The position numbers were made by a program, and so were the translations under genes. From Nitrospirota bacterium (GTDB lineage: Bacteria; Nitrospinota_A; UBA7883; JACRGQ01), in the NCBI GenBank assembly GCA_024275955.1, contig JAJRYD010000036.1, positions 1 through 64,000 of the forward strand: DNA of 64,000 bases. The letters are read 5' to 3'. Shown here one piece after another: positions 36,342 through 46,861 of this stretch. The stretch's first letter is position 1. Each line of letters opens with the position of its first letter. Under the pieces are notes generated by a model. The model worked only from the letters and a program-made list of their open reading frames with translations, was not told where the DNA came from and ran no database searches.

Positions 36342-38669
36342 TTAAGAAAGCGGTTCCGGTGGTTCGTAGCTTTCTGGAAGTTCGCTTAAAGGGAGTTCGT
36401 TTTCTCTATAAAGCTCAAAGAAGCTGTTTGGATTATCAGGTGTGGCAAGCGCGCCGGTTACTTTGTCTGTCCGCACAAACACTATATCATTTGGCGGTGT
36501 GAACGGGGTGATAGGTGTATCTTTCACAACCCGCTTCATATACTCGCGCCATATAGGCGCCGCAGTACGGGAGCCGGTTTCGTACTTGCCTAGTCTTTCT
36601 TCTTTATCTTTTCCTATCCATACTCCGCAAACTATTCCGGGAGTAAAGCCCACAAACCACGCGTCCATATAGTTGTTGGTGGTTCCTGTCTTGCCGCCTG
36701 TCGGCACGCCGACAGAGCGAACCGCCGCTCCCGTTCCTTCCTTTACCACCGACTGGAGGATGCTGGTGATAATATAGGCGGTACTTTCAGGAATTGCATC
36801 AAAAGGGCTTGGTTGATGTTCTTCGAGTATCTTGCCGTCGGCATCTTCTATTCTTTCTATAAAGTACGGTTCGTTGCTTACCCCCTTGTTCGGGAATATG
36901 CCGTACGAAGAGACTATCTCTTTTAGCGTTACGCTTGAGGCGCCAAGTGCTAGTGAAAGGTTTTCGTCCAGTGGAGATTCTATACCGAGCCTTTTTGCGT
37001 ATTCCACGACATACTTTATTCCTATTTTCTCAAGCAGTTTTATCGTAACGATATTGCGTGAGTGGGTTACTGCGGAGCGGACGGTCGTCGGCCCAAAAAA
37101 CTTTTGGTTAAAGTTTACCGGCTTCCAGTTTTTATATTCGCCTATATCGTCTTCGTATATGATAGGCGAATCTATGACAATCGTGGCTGGAGTAATTCCT
37201 TTGTCGATTGCGGCGGAGTATATTATCGGCTTGAACGACGAGCCGGGCTGTCTTCTCGCCTGCACAGACCTATTGAAAGAACTTTTAGTGAAATCGTAAC
37301 CTCCTACCATCGAGCGCGTGGCTCCGTTTTTGTAGTCTAAGCTTAGAATAGCCCCCTGGACAGCTGGAAACTGATCAAGATGGTACTCTACGGTTTTGGT
37401 TTTTCGGTTTTCCACAGCTCTTACTTCAATTATGTCTCCTCTCTTTAGACCGATGTCGTTCGCGTCCTTGATTTTCTTGAAAGCTTTGCCGTCTTTTTTC
37501 GGGTCTACTTCATGCGCCCAGGCGAAACCGTTAGGCTCGATACTTTGTTTGCTTCCATTTATTTCGAAGGTGATTGATTCTTTCGCAACTTCGAGAACAA
37601 TGCCCTTTAGCCGTCGGTTTTCGGTGAACCATTCAAACTCGGAGGTCGTTTCTATTGTTGGATTAAGCTTTTTCCAGTCTGCTTCCTTTTCTGGGTCTTG
37701 CCATCCTATCGGCCCCCTGTACCCAAGCCTGCGGTCGGCAATTTCTATCCCATCTTTCAATGATTTTTGGGCCTGTTTTTGCCACTCAAGATTCAGCGTG
37801 GTGTAGATCTTCAACCCACTGTGGTACAGAGTCTCAGAGCCGTACTTTTTTTCAATATAACGTCTGACATGTTCGGAGAAAAACGGCGCATAGTTAAGAG
37901 CCGATTTTTTGGGAGCGAGGCTTAGCGATTCGCTTAACGCCACGTTTCCATCTTTCGCGCTTATGAAACCGAGGTCCATCATCCGTCTTATTACAAGGTT
38001 TCGTCTTTTTAGAGCCGCTCTTGGGTTCTTATACGGCGAAAAATGGTTTGGCGATTTTGGTATGCCGGCAAGGAGCGCCATTTCGGATGTCGAAAGCTCT
38101 GCTATGGTTTTCTCAAAAAAGTGCTGGGCGGCCGCCTCTACGCCGTACGCCCCATGACCGTAGTAAATCTGGTTCAGGTATATCTCCAGTATCTCCGCTT
38201 TGGAAAAGTTCTTTTCTATCTCCAGTGATAGGAACAGCTCGTTAAATTTTCTTGTAAAAGTTCTCTCGCGCGAGAGAAAAAGGAGCTTGGCTACCTGTTG
38301 GGTTATAGTACTGCCTCCTTGCACTATCCCGCCGGCTTTAAGGTTTACAACCGCCGCTCTGGCGATGCCGAGTAGGTCTACTCCGTTGTGGCGGTAGAAG
38401 TTGTCGTCTTCTATCGCCATAGTCGCCATTTTCATCAGTTCCGGTATTTCTGTTATTTTGCGCAGTATCCGCTTTTCGATGTAGAACTCCGCTATAAGTT
38501 CGCCGTTCATATCGTAGAGGTTTGTTATTAGAGAAGGGGAGTAGTTCTTCATTTTCTTGAGGTCGTGTATGCGGGAACTTCCCTTATAGAAAATATATCC
38601 TGCCGCTATCGAGCCGACAAAGAGGAAAAGGAGGAAGATGTATCCGCTTATCTTGAAAAACTTTTTCAC
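36342..38669 (-). CDS. mrcA: Penicillin-binding protein 1A (bifunctional glycosyltransferase/transpeptidase)
   Basis: GT51 motifs (EDDNFYRHNGVD, GGSTITQQ) and a transpeptidase SxxK/KTG. A GTG start with an AAGGAGAT SD overlaps the UDG stop (GTGA). Confidence 0.85.
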   Translation of the reverse strand: MKKFFKISGYIFLLFLFVGSIAAGYIFYKGSSRIHDLKKMKNYSPSLITNLYDMNGELIAEFYIEKRILRKITEIPELMKMATMAIEDDNFYRHNGVDLLGIARAAVVNLKAGGIVQGGSTITQQVAKLLFLSRERTFTRKFNELFLSLEIEKNFSKAEILEIYLNQIYYGHGAYGVEAAAQHFFEKTIAELSTSEMALLAGIPKSPNHFSPYKNPRAALKRRNLVIRRMMDLGFISAKDGNVALSESLSLAPKKSALNYAPFFSEHVRRYIEKKYGSETLYHSGLKIYTTLNLEWQKQAQKSLKDGIEIADRRLGYRGPIGWQDPEKEADWKKLNPTIETTSEFEWFTENRRLKGIVLEVAKESITFEINGSKQSIEPNGFAWAHEVDPKKDGKAFKKIKDANDIGLKRGDIIEVRAVENRKTKTVEYHLDQFPAVQGAILSLDYKNGATRSMVGGYDFTKSSFNRSVQARRQPGSSFKPIIYSAAIDKGITPATIVIDSPIIYEDDIGEYKNWKPVNFNQKFFGPTTVRSAVTHSRNIVTIKLLEKIGIKYVVEYAKRLGIESPLDENLSLALGASSVTLKEIVSSYGIFPNKGVSNEPYFIERIEDADGKILEEHQPSPFDAIPESTAYIITSILQSVVKEGTGAAVRSVGVPTGGKTGTTNNYMDAWFVGFTPGIVCGVWIGKDKEERLGKYETGSRTAAPIWREYMKRVVKDTPITPFTPPNDIVFVRTDKVTGALATPDNPNSFFELYRENELPLSELPESYEPPEPLS

Positions 38670-39367
38670 CCTTTTATCTCCTTGTATCGGTCTCTTAGCG
38701 TCTGGAGGTCTTCCCACGCAAGTTTTTTAAACTGGGGAGACCTGTTGAGGAAAGATGGGTGGTAGGTGGGAAGCAGTGGTACGCCGTTGTAGTCGTAAAA
38801 ATTGCCCCTCAGTCTTCCTATCGGCTCTTTTGTCTTAAGAAGTGTCTGCGCCGCGTGCGTGCCGAGAGCGCAGATGAGCGCCGGTTTTATAATTCTTATC
38901 TGGTCTATAAGGAAATGTTCGCAGGCATCTTTTTCCTGCGTGGTGGGCGGGCGGTTATCCGGTGGTCTGCATTTAAGCACATTTGCTATAAACACCTCTT
39001 CACGTCTGAACTGTATAGCCTCTATCATTTTGGTAAGCAGTTTGCCGGCGCGTCCGACGAACGGTTTGCCCTGCGCGTCCTCTTGCGCTCCGGGCGCTTC
39101 GCCGACGAACATAAGGCCGGCGTTTGGGCTACCTGTTCCAAAAACAGTTTGGGAGCGTGTTTTGTGAAGGGCGCATGCCTTGCAGGCCGCTACATCTTCG
39201 TTGAGTTCTTTTAATGTTCGTCTTGCTGTCAAATCTTCTTCCTTTTCGCTTGCAATCACGGCTGTTGCCTCTGCCGGTTCGACAAAATCAATTCCTATAG
39301 ATTTTAAATATTCGAAATAGGCTAGAGCTGTGCCTCCCGTTATCTCTTGCGGTATATCTTCAGGCAT
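38666..39367 (-). CDS. Uracil-DNA glycosylase, family 4
   Basis: [23 protein letters not shown] plus a C-terminal HPS motif. Confidence 0.85.
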   Translation of the reverse strand: MPEDIPQEITGGTALAYFEYLKSIGIDFVEPAEATAVIASEKEEDLTARRTLKELNEDVAACKACALHKTRSQTVFGTGSPNAGLMFVGEAPGAQEDAQGKPFVGRAGKLLTKMIEAIQFRREEVFIANVLKCRPPDNRPPTTQEKDACEHFLIDQIRIIKPALICALGTHAAQTLLKTKEPIGRLRGNFYDYNGVPLLPTYHPSFLNRSPQFKKLAWEDLQTLRDRYKEIKG

Positions 39368-40589
39368 TCCTATTCACTGCGGTTTTATCTTTCGTTGTCT
39401 TAAATTTAAGAACCTTGTTGAGTAGTTCAAAGGCAAGCCTCTTTTTTGTAAGCCTTGACGATTTTTCTGGCTCGCCTGTTCGGTTTATGAAAACTATTTC
39501 ATTGTACTCGTTATCAAAGCCTATGTCGTTCCTGCTGACATCGTTGACGCAGATAAGATCTATATTTTTTCGCAACATTTTTTCTCTGCCGTTTTTTATC
39601 CAGTTTTCAGTTTCTGCCGCGAAGCCTACCAGTATTTGTCCCTGTTTTTTCCGTCCGAGAGTTTCCAATATGTCGCGGTTTTCAACCAGCGCGATAGACC
39701 TCTCGGTTCCCTTGGCATGTTTTTTTATTTTCCCGTTTATTACCGTTGCAGGCTTGAAGTCGGCTACGGCGGCGGTCATTATAAGTACGTCGCAGTTGTT
39801 AAAATGTTTTTCTACTTCCTTAAACATTTCATCCGCCTGCCGTACAGATATGTTGCGCGTTGTCTCCGGCAAAGTTTCGCTTACAGGGCCATGTATGAGA
39901 GTAACCTTCGCACCAAGCTCCGCGGCGGCGCAAGCGATAGCTATTCCCATTTTGCCGGATGAGCGGTTCGATATGTAGCGGACAGAGTCTATCGGCTCTT
40001 CCGTTCTGCCGGCGGTGACGAGTACCTGCATGCCGTCCATATCGTTTCTAAGGCCGAGAACCTGTTCGACTACCGCCATCAGTCTGTCGAGTTCCGGCAG
40101 CCGTCCTTCGCCCTTTTCACCGCAGGCTGTATCGCCCTCGTCCGGGTTTATCACAAGGAGGTTTCTCCTTTTTAGTCTCTCTAGGTTTTCCGTGACTGCC
40201 GGATTTGCAAACATCCGGGGGTTCATAGCCGGCACTATAAAAATGGGGCAGGTGAGGCTTAATATTAAAGTGGAAAGCAGGTCGTCAGCCAGCCCGCCGG
40301 CCATTTTGCCGATGAAATTTGCCGTTGCCGGCGCTATCAATGCCATGTCGTAGCTCTCTCCCTCGGTTAAATGCTCTAACGGGTTTTTTTGGTTTTGCCA
40401 GTCGGCTCTCCATACCTTTTGGCCTGATACCGTTTCAAGGGTCATCGGGGTTACGAACATCTCGGCGCCTTTAGTCATAGCTATCCGTACCTTTATCTTT
40501 CGTTTGTGCATCATCCGCACAAGCTCTGGGATTTTGTATGCCGCTATCCCCCCGGTAACACCTATCAGTACGCTTTTTGCTTTTCCCAT
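39360..40589 (-). CDS. coaBC: Bifunctional phosphopantothenoylcysteine decarboxylase / phosphopantothenate-cysteine ligase
   Basis: N-terminal flavoprotein domain GVTGGIAAYK; C-terminal CoaB domain. Confidence 0.9.
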   Translation of the reverse strand: MGKAKSVLIGVTGGIAAYKIPELVRMMHKRKIKVRIAMTKGAEMFVTPMTLETVSGQKVWRADWQNQKNPLEHLTEGESYDMALIAPATANFIGKMAGGLADDLLSTLILSLTCPIFIVPAMNPRMFANPAVTENLERLKRRNLLVINPDEGDTACGEKGEGRLPELDRLMAVVEQVLGLRNDMDGMQVLVTAGRTEEPIDSVRYISNRSSGKMGIAIACAAAELGAKVTLIHGPVSETLPETTRNISVRQADEMFKEVEKHFNNCDVLIMTAAVADFKPATVINGKIKKHAKGTERSIALVENRDILETLGRKKQGQILVGFAAETENWIKNGREKMLRKNIDLICVNDVSRNDIGFDNEYNEIVFINRTGEPEKSSRLTKKRLAFELLNKVLKFKTTKDKTAVNRNA

Positions 40590-40692
40590 ATGCCCTTTTG
40601 TTCCTGTAAGCTATTGTTTTTTTTCAACAATTTAACTAAGCATTATACATCAAATATATGAATATTGAGCAGATTAGCAGTTTTTGCCGGAA

Positions 40693-40727
40693 TAAAAAAA
40701 GGGCGGCCAATAGGGGCCGCCCTTTGG
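40693..40727 (-). terminator. Rho-independent terminator for the 40782-41129 gene (hairpin GGGCGGCC-loop-GGCCGCCC plus U-run on the minus strand)
   Basis: aaaaaaagggcggccaataggggccgccctttggg, seen in the sequence. Confidence 0.7.
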
Positions 40728-40781
40728 GGGAGAGTATTCAACCCTTAGTCTGGTATTGCGGCACAGACTAAAACTTTGTCA

Positions 40782-41129
40782 TTAACTTATAGCTTTATCA
40801 AAACCTGCAATCGCGAGTTCATCGCGGCTTCGTGTAGATTTAGGCAAAGTCTTATAGCTACCGCCTAAAAGCCTGTTGAACGAAAGGCTTACTAGCACGT
40901 CGTAGTTTCCCGGGACTATTACGACAGCGGTATTCTCTTCGATGAACCTCTCCCAGGGAGCTGTTATCGAATCGTAGCCGGTAGCCGTTTTGGCAAGAAA
41001 GTTTTCCCACCCAGCGTCAATCGCCTCTACCTGCACCTTTACAGGTGCTAGCACCGCCACAGCATTTTGGGCAGTGAAGATTGTTCCTACTATTGCCGCT
41101 ATTGCAAATATTTTTGTTAAATTTTTCAT
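40782..41129 (-). CDS. Hypothetical secreted protein (115 aa, signal peptide)
   Basis: MKNLTKIFAIAAIVGTIFTAQNAVA signal peptide. Its own terminator is present. Confidence 0.55.
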   Translation of the reverse strand: MKNLTKIFAIAAIVGTIFTAQNAVAVLAPVKVQVEAIDAGWENFLAKTATGYDSITAPWERFIEENTAVVIVPGNYDVLVSLSFNRLLGGSYKTLPKSTRSRDELAIAGFDKAIS

Positions 41130-41418
41130 TATCGTTCTCCTTTCAATCTAATAATAGTTGCTAGAATCTTTCTATTTGTTGACTATACAGGTCAAGTTTT
41201 ATGCCAAAACTGCTATTATTGTAATATGCTGAAAAGATGAGAGATACTTAGCTAGAGGTAGCTGTGCAAATAAAACTGAGTAAATTTTGCAACTTAATGT
41301 TGTGCTGTATGCATCGTTAGGTGCAACAAATGCAACGCTAAATGCATCATGCCCGACTAATTTGCTATGGAGTGTGGCCAGCTTTGTGAGCTACTTTTTT
41401 AGGCTGTCGGCAGGTTGG

Positions 41419-42771
41419 CTATATCTGCATCTCTTTCATTTTGCGCCAGAGAGTTGTGCGGTCTATTCCGAGTATTTTGGCCGCTTTAGTTTTTTGGCCA
41501 CCTGTTTGTCTTAATGCCTCGGCTATTTTCTCCCGCTCATCGGAGGTTTCCAAATATATGGCAGGGCTGTCGTGATGGTTTTTGTATGCCATAAGCGGTT
41601 TTTCCGTAATCTCTTCCGGCAGATGCTCCGGCAGTATCGGCCCTTCATCACATAGCACGAATGCTTGGGCGATAGCATTTTCAAGTTCTCTCACGTTTCC
41701 AGGCCAGCGGTGCTTTACAAGGAGCTTCATCGCCATGTCGGTTATTCCGCTTATCGGCTTTTCTGTTATTGCCAGTTGCCGTTCTATGAAATGGTTGGCA
41801 AGCGGCGGTATATCGTCCACCCGTTCCCTGAGCGGGAGTATCCGCATTCTTACAACCTTTACACGGTAATAAAGATCCTCACGGAACGACCCTTCTTTAA
41901 CCATCTCGGCTAACGACCTGTTTGTGGCGGTGATTACCCGTATGTCAACTTTTCGCTGTTTGGTGTCGCCTACAGCCTCTATTGTTTTATCCTGCAGAAC
42001 CGTAAGAAGTTTTACCTGTGTAGCATGCGATATTTCTCCAATCTCATCGAGAAATATGGTGCCGCCTCTTGCAAGCTCGAAACGGCCTATACGGTCTTTC
42101 ATCGCTCCTGTAAAAGCGCCTTTAACATGGCCGAACAGTTCCGATTCAAGCAGGTTTTCCGAAAGCGCCGCACAGTTTACTTTTACGAAAGGGGCATCTT
42201 TGCGTTTTGATTTTTTATGTATCGCTTCCGCCACAAGCCCTTTACCTACGCCCGATTCCCCTTCAAGAAGTACAGCCGCGTTAGAGTCGGCCACTTTGTC
42301 TATCATGGTGTACATCTCGATCATCTGTTTGCTCTTGCCTATAAGACGGTGATAGGCATATTGCGATTTCAATATCTGCTGAAGCCTTTGCCTTGCGGAG
42401 ATGTCGTGAAGTATTGCCACCACTCCGCCTTGCTTCTCATTTTCGTCGTAGAGTATCGACGTGGAGAGTATTATTGTTTTTTCGTCGCCAGCGTAATCGG
42501 TGAACTTCATGGAGTAATCTTTTATCGGTTCCTGTTTTTTTACCGTCTCTAGCAGTAGGTCTTTTATGTCGGCAAGCATCTCGTTGCAGAAACAGTATTT
42601 GCCTATTACATGTCCCTTTTTTCGGCCAAAAAACCTTTCGGCCGCTTCGTTCATGCTTACAATCTTAAGATCGTTATTGAGCGATATTATTCCGTCATGG
42701 ACAGAGTTGAATACAGCTTCGAGATTTTTTTTAAGCCTTAGGCAGGAATCTATTTTTTTGGCTCTTTCCAT
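41419..42771 (-). CDS. Sigma-54-dependent transcriptional activator (PAS sensor, AAA+ with GAFTGA, Fis-type HTH)
   Basis: GESGVGKG Walker A, GAFTGA, ESELFGH, and a C-terminal HTH. Confidence 0.9.
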   Translation of the reverse strand: MERAKKIDSCLRLKKNLEAVFNSVHDGIISLNNDLKIVSMNEAAERFFGRKKGHVIGKYCFCNEMLADIKDLLLETVKKQEPIKDYSMKFTDYAGDEKTIILSTSILYDENEKQGGVVAILHDISARQRLQQILKSQYAYHRLIGKSKQMIEMYTMIDKVADSNAAVLLEGESGVGKGLVAEAIHKKSKRKDAPFVKVNCAALSENLLESELFGHVKGAFTGAMKDRIGRFELARGGTIFLDEIGEISHATQVKLLTVLQDKTIEAVGDTKQRKVDIRVITATNRSLAEMVKEGSFREDLYYRVKVVRMRILPLRERVDDIPPLANHFIERQLAITEKPISGITDMAMKLLVKHRWPGNVRELENAIAQAFVLCDEGPILPEHLPEEITEKPLMAYKNHHDSPAIYLETSDEREKIAEALRQTGGQKTKAAKILGIDRTTLWRKMKEMQI

Positions 42772-42836
42772 ACGACGATTCTATCATGCTAGCCGGCAGG
42801 GGAGGGTATGACAAAGAGCAATGTTTGTCAGATGTA

Positions 42837-42965
42837 GGGACTGTTTCCAAAAGAGTTTTTTGAGCATTTGAAGGAAAAGTTTATTTTCTAACTTCTTCTA
42901 AAATAGAGCGGCTAGAGGTTGGCAATTTGCGGCAAAACCAAGATTGTGTTATTCCGCGACAGCCC
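42837..42965 (+). repeat. Type-1 MITE-like repeat, copy 5 of 5
   Basis: gggactgtttccaaaagagttttttgagcatttgaagg...cgcgacagcccc. Confidence 0.8.
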
Positions 42966-42976
42966 CATGTAAGAAA

Positions 42977-43004
42977 GCCCCGGCAGTTTTTACGCTACCG
43001 GGGC
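42977..43004 (-). terminator. Putative terminator hairpin downstream of groEL (GCCCCGG-loop-CCGGGGC, followed by a weak U-run on the minus strand)
   Basis: Seen in the sequence. Confidence 0.4.
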
Positions 43005-43030
43005 CTTTAAGAACTATTAGTGGGTGATGG

Positions 43031-44692
43031 CTACATCATGCCGGGCATACCGCCCATGCCGCCCATTCCACCCATGCCGCCCATATCCGGCATACCGCCG
43101 CCTGCCGGTTTTTCTTCCGGTGCTTCGGTTATTATTACTTCGGTGGTAAGCATAAGGCCTGCCACGCTTGCCGCGTTCTGTATGGCGGAGCGTGTTACCT
43201 TCGCAGGGTCGATGATGCCGGCTTTCACCATATCGACAGACTTTTCAGCCTGCGCGTCAAAGCCGTTATCGCCTTTTTGCTTTTTCACTTCGTTGATTAT
43301 TACAGAGCCTTCAAGCCCAGCATTCTCGACTATCTGGCGCAAAGGCTCTTCTAAAGCTCTTGCTATGATGGCAACGCCGACTTCCTGATCGTGGTTGTCG
43401 CATTCTACTTTTTTAAGGGAATCAATACAGCGGACAAGAGTTACGCCGCCGCCAGCGACTATACCTTCTTCGACAGCTGCGCGGGTAGCATGAAGGGCGT
43501 CTTCTACTCTGGCTTTCTTTTCCTTCATTTCGATTTCGGTAGCGGCGCCTACATTAATAACCGCGACACCGCCTACAAGCTTGGCGAGCCTTTCCTGAAG
43601 CTTTTCGCGGTCGTAGTCGGAGCTGGTCTCTTCTACCTGCGTGCGAATCTGCTTTACTCTTGCCTGTATATCTTTGCCAGTGCCTTTGCCTTCGATAATC
43701 GTGCTGTTATCTTTGTCTATAACGACACGCTTGGCGGTACCGAGGTCGGCGATTTCGACATTCTCAAGCTTTAGGCCGATATCTTCGGATATTGTTTTTC
43801 CGCCGGTGAGGACTGCTATGTCGTTGAGCATTTCTTTTCTGCGGTCGCCAAAGCCCGGAGCTTTAACAGCTGAAACATTGATGGTGCCTCTAAGCTTGTT
43901 TACAACAAGAGTGGCAAGAGCTTCGCCTTCGATATCTTCGGCTATGATAAGAAGCGGTTTGCTCATCTTCGCGATTTTTTCGAGAAGCGGAAGCATATCT
44001 TTCATGTTGGAAATCTTTTTCTCGTAAATGAGGATTAGCGGGCTGTCCATCACGCATTCCATCCTGTCTGCATTGGTAACGAAATACGGCGAGAGGTAGC
44101 CTCTGTCGAACTGCATACCTTCCACAACGTCGAGCGATGTATCCATGCTTTTGGCCTCTTCAACGGTTATAACGCCGTCTTTGCCGACCTTTTCCATAGC
44201 TTCGGAAATAAGCACTCCGATGGTGGCATCGCTGTTGGCGGAGATTGTTCCTACCTGAGCTATCTCTTTTGGCTCTTTGGTAGGCTTGGCAACTCTTTTG
44301 ATTCTAGCAACTACCGCTTCAACAGCTCTGTCTATCCCGCGCTTTACATCCATAGGGTTCGCGCCAGCAGATATGTTTTTAACACCTTCTCTAAGTATTG
44401 CCTGTGCAAGCACTGTAGCAGTGGTTGTGCCGTCGCCTGCCACGTCGGAAGTTTTGCTCGCTACTTCGTTTATCATCTGAGCGCCCATGTTTTCGTATGG
44501 GTCGGACAGCTCTATCTCTTTGGCAACGGTTACGCCGTCTTTGGTTACGAGCGGCGAGCCGAATTTTTTGTCAATAATAACGTTTCTACCTTTAGGTCCA
44601 AGCGTAGCTTTGACGGCGTTTGCCATCTGGTTTACTCCGCTGAGAATTTTGGCCCTTGCGGCCTCGTCAAAGAGCATCTGTTTACCGGCCAT
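43031..44692 (-). CDS. groL: Chaperonin GroEL
   Basis: 553 aa with a GGM-repeat C-terminus. Confidence 0.95.
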   Translation of the reverse strand: MAGKQMLFDEAARAKILSGVNQMANAVKATLGPKGRNVIIDKKFGSPLVTKDGVTVAKEIELSDPYENMGAQMINEVASKTSDVAGDGTTTATVLAQAILREGVKNISAGANPMDVKRGIDRAVEAVVARIKRVAKPTKEPKEIAQVGTISANSDATIGVLISEAMEKVGKDGVITVEEAKSMDTSLDVVEGMQFDRGYLSPYFVTNADRMECVMDSPLILIYEKKISNMKDMLPLLEKIAKMSKPLLIIAEDIEGEALATLVVNKLRGTINVSAVKAPGFGDRRKEMLNDIAVLTGGKTISEDIGLKLENVEIADLGTAKRVVIDKDNSTIIEGKGTGKDIQARVKQIRTQVEETSSDYDREKLQERLAKLVGGVAVINVGAATEIEMKEKKARVEDALHATRAAVEEGIVAGGGVTLVRCIDSLKKVECDNHDQEVGVAIIARALEEPLRQIVENAGLEGSVIINEVKKQKGDNGFDAQAEKSVDMVKAGIIDPAKVTRSAIQNAASVAGLMLTTEVIITEAPEEKPAGGGMPDMGGMGGMGGMGGMPGMM

Positions 44693-44733
44693 TTAAAGCG
44701 TCTCCTTTAATTTTTAAGAATTTTTTTATAAAT

Positions 44734-45027
44734 CTATCCAGTGATTCCAAGAATGTCGTCTTCCCTGAGAAGGAGGTACTCTTCTCCGTCGAACTTGAGC
44801 TCCGTGCCGGAATACTTACCGTAGATTATCTTGTCGCTCACTTTTACGTTCATTTTAGCTATACTGCCGTCGTCTCTGGTTTTGCCAGGTCCAACAGCTA
44901 CAACTTTGCCCTCGTGCGGCTTCTCTTTGGCCGAATCTGGAATGATTATTCCGTTGCTCGATACTTCCTCGGCCTCCAAAGGCTTGACGAGTACCCTGTC
45001 GCCTAACGGTTTTATCTTGATCGCCAT
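44734..45027 (-). CDS. groS: Co-chaperonin GroES
   Basis: 97 aa; the typical [11 protein letters not shown] start. Confidence 0.95.
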   Translation of the reverse strand: MAIKIKPLGDRVLVKPLEAEEVSSNGIIIPDSAKEKPHEGKVVAVGPGKTRDDGSIAKMNVKVSDKIIYGKYSGTELKFDGEEYLLLREDDILGITG

Positions 45028-45158
45028 TAACTCTCCTCCAAAAAATTTGTCTCTAAATCTGAGAGGGATTTACCCCCTCCCTTATCCAAAATAAAGGCTT
45101 GGCTAACTTAAAGCGTGAGCCTGCCAAACCTTTTTAAAAACCAGCACCAAGCTAGTTG

Positions 45159-45185
45159 TTAGCACTCTGGTACGACGAGTGCTAG
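45159..45185. promoter_or_regulatory. CIRCE element (HrcA operator) TTAGCACTC-N9-GAGTGCTAG upstream of groESL
   Basis: Near-perfect match to the CIRCE consensus TTAGCACTC-N9-GAGTGCTAA, about 130 nt upstream of the groES start. Confidence 0.8.
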
Positions 45186-45371
45186 AAAGTAAATATAACC
45201 GATTTTTGGTAAGTCAAGCTATCTATAAAAAAAAACTGCTTTTTATACAGTTTAGATAATTAAGGCCGGCCTGCTCTTTTGGGTGGCGACGCTAAAGTGT
45301 GACAGTCATCGGCCTGTCTTTAGAAGGCGGTGTAGCATTTTGCCGCTATCGCCGCAGATATTGGAAGCAGG

Positions 45372-45740
45372 TTATTCCATCGCTTTTTGGCGGATGATTT
45401 CCATAGGGTCTATAACGTCTGTAACCCTTATGCCGAACCGCTCGTTGACAACGACAACCTCTCCACGCGCTATAAGAAGCCCGTTGATGAAGATTTCCAT
45501 AGGCTCGCCGACAAGCTTTTAAAGCTCTATGACGTTACCGTCTTGGAGTTTTAGAATCTCTCTTATGCTTGTTTTTGCCCGTCCAAGCTCAGCGTTTAGG
45601 TTTAACGGTATATCTAGGTATTCGTGTAGCTCATCTTGTATTTTCTGGAGAGCCTGTTTTTCTTCGTCGCTTTTCTCGACAATCTGGGTAACTTCGGATT
45701 CTTCATCCTCATCAGGGTTATTATCGAATTCGTCTGCCAT
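45372..45740 (-). pseudogene. fliN-like (SpoA domain) flagellar/T3SS C-ring gene interrupted by one in-frame TAA (codon 74 of 123)
   Basis: The 73-aa track ORF ends ...ELGRAKTSIREILKLQDGNVIEL. After the TAA the same frame continues KLVGEPMEIFINGLLIARGEVVVVNERFGIRVTDVIDPMEIIRQKAME*. This reproduces the FliN C-terminus (cf. E. coli ...[45 protein letters not shown], from memory). Confidence 0.6.
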
Positions 45741-46202
45741 TTACCCTTTCTTCACCTCTTCTACATATTTCATTCTCAGCTCGTATAGTGCCGATTCTAA
45801 GAGAGATTTCTCTTCCCCTGTAAGGTTCCCTTCTGTCTTTTCGTGCAGTATAGCCAAAATGTCAATAGACTGCTTGGCCAGCTTAAGGTTTCTCGGCAGA
45901 TGCCCTGATACAGGGTCTTGATATCCTCCAAAGTTTATCGCCGCGGAAGAGCTGAGAGAAAGTATGAATGTCGAGAAATTTAGTGGAGGGGCAGGTTTTT
46001 TTTCGCTGTCTGAGGGTTGGGGAGATTTGTTTTCCAGCGACTTTTTTTCGGTTTCCGCAGACGCAGGATTGTCTGAATCGGGAGAGAGGGCGTTATCAAT
46101 ATTAGCCATCATTTCCTCTACAGATTTAGGTTCTTCTGAACCTCCCTGACTGCTTGAGCTTCTTTTGTCGCGGACAGTAAAAGATTTGTCTTTTTCAGCC
46201 AT
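45741..46202 (-). CDS. DUF1844 domain protein (acidic N-terminal part)
   Basis: NFSTFILSLSSSAAINFG...NLKLAKQSIDILAILHEKTEGNLTGEE resembles the DUF1844 consensus (from memory). Confidence 0.55.
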   Translation of the reverse strand: MAEKDKSFTVRDKRSSSSQGGSEEPKSVEEMMANIDNALSPDSDNPASAETEKKSLENKSPQPSDSEKKPAPPLNFSTFILSLSSSAAINFGGYQDPVSGHLPRNLKLAKQSIDILAILHEKTEGNLTGEEKSLLESALYELRMKYVEEVKKG

Positions 46203-46212
46203 GCCCCGTATC

Positions 46213-46446
46213 TTACAGGTTTTCGTTGGATAAAGTAAGGGTTTGAGCGTTTCCTTGCTGTTTAACTTCTATTTTCTGCTCCACGATCTCTTTTAGTGCT
46301 ATATCGAAAAGGGAGAGGTTTTCAGGGTTTACAAGCGGCTCAACCCCGCCCTGTAGCTGGCGTATTCTCATCGCCATAGCGTTTACCAGCATATAATGCT
46401 CGGGGATAACCTCTAAAGCTTCGCTGTACAATTCCATATCGAACAT
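46213..46446 (-). CDS. rpoZ: DNA-directed RNA polymerase omega subunit
   Basis: HYMLVNAMAMRIRQLQGGVEPLV matches the omega core (NRF.LV..AA.RARQ...G..PLV). Confidence 0.65.
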   Translation of the reverse strand: MFDMELYSEALEVIPEHYMLVNAMAMRIRQLQGGVEPLVNPENLSLFDIALKEIVEQKIEVKQQGNAQTLTLSNENL

Positions 46447-46468
46447 ATCTTTCTCCTAACCTTAGTTG

Positions 46469-46861
46469 TTACTCAATATTATCAAATTTCATCGAAACAG
46501 AAGATGTCGAGTCACCTTCGGATTTTTCCATCTCCTCTTGGCACTCTAAGCAGTATTTCACAAAAGGCCTAGCTTTAAGCCTTTTTGTTTCAATTATCTC
46601 TTCGCAACTTTCGCAAGCGCCATACATGCCGGAGTGCATCTTGCCCAAAGCTTCATCTATCAGCTTGATTTCGTTGGTATGACGAAGCCTCATAGCGATG
46701 CTTCTTTCCTGTTCGGTATTCCTCTCGGCAATATCGAGCGCATCTCCATGGGCCAGTTCGGCGTGGGTCATATCTTCTAGGCTGGTGGTAGATTGGTTGG
46801 AAATCAGCTCGCCTTTCCTTTCCAGCATCGTCTTCATCAGCGTTTCATACTTTTTTTTCAA
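46469..46861 (-). CDS. DksA/TraR-family C4 zinc-finger protein
   Basis: C-terminal CESCEEII...YCLEC C4 finger preceded by a coiled-coil region. Confidence 0.7.
   Translation of the reverse strand: MKKKYETLMKTMLERKGELISNQSTTSLEDMTHAELAHGDALDIAERNTEQERSIAMRLRHTNEIKLIDEALGKMHSGMYGACESCEEIIETKRLKARPFVKYCLECQEEMEKSEGDSTSSVSMKFDNIE

Noticed and set aside
45372-45740. Alternative genetic code (TAA as a sense codon) to explain the interrupted fliN-like gene
   Set aside because: TAA terminates several well-supported genes in the same window at the positions expected from homologues, for example the trkA-like gene at 1365-1367.
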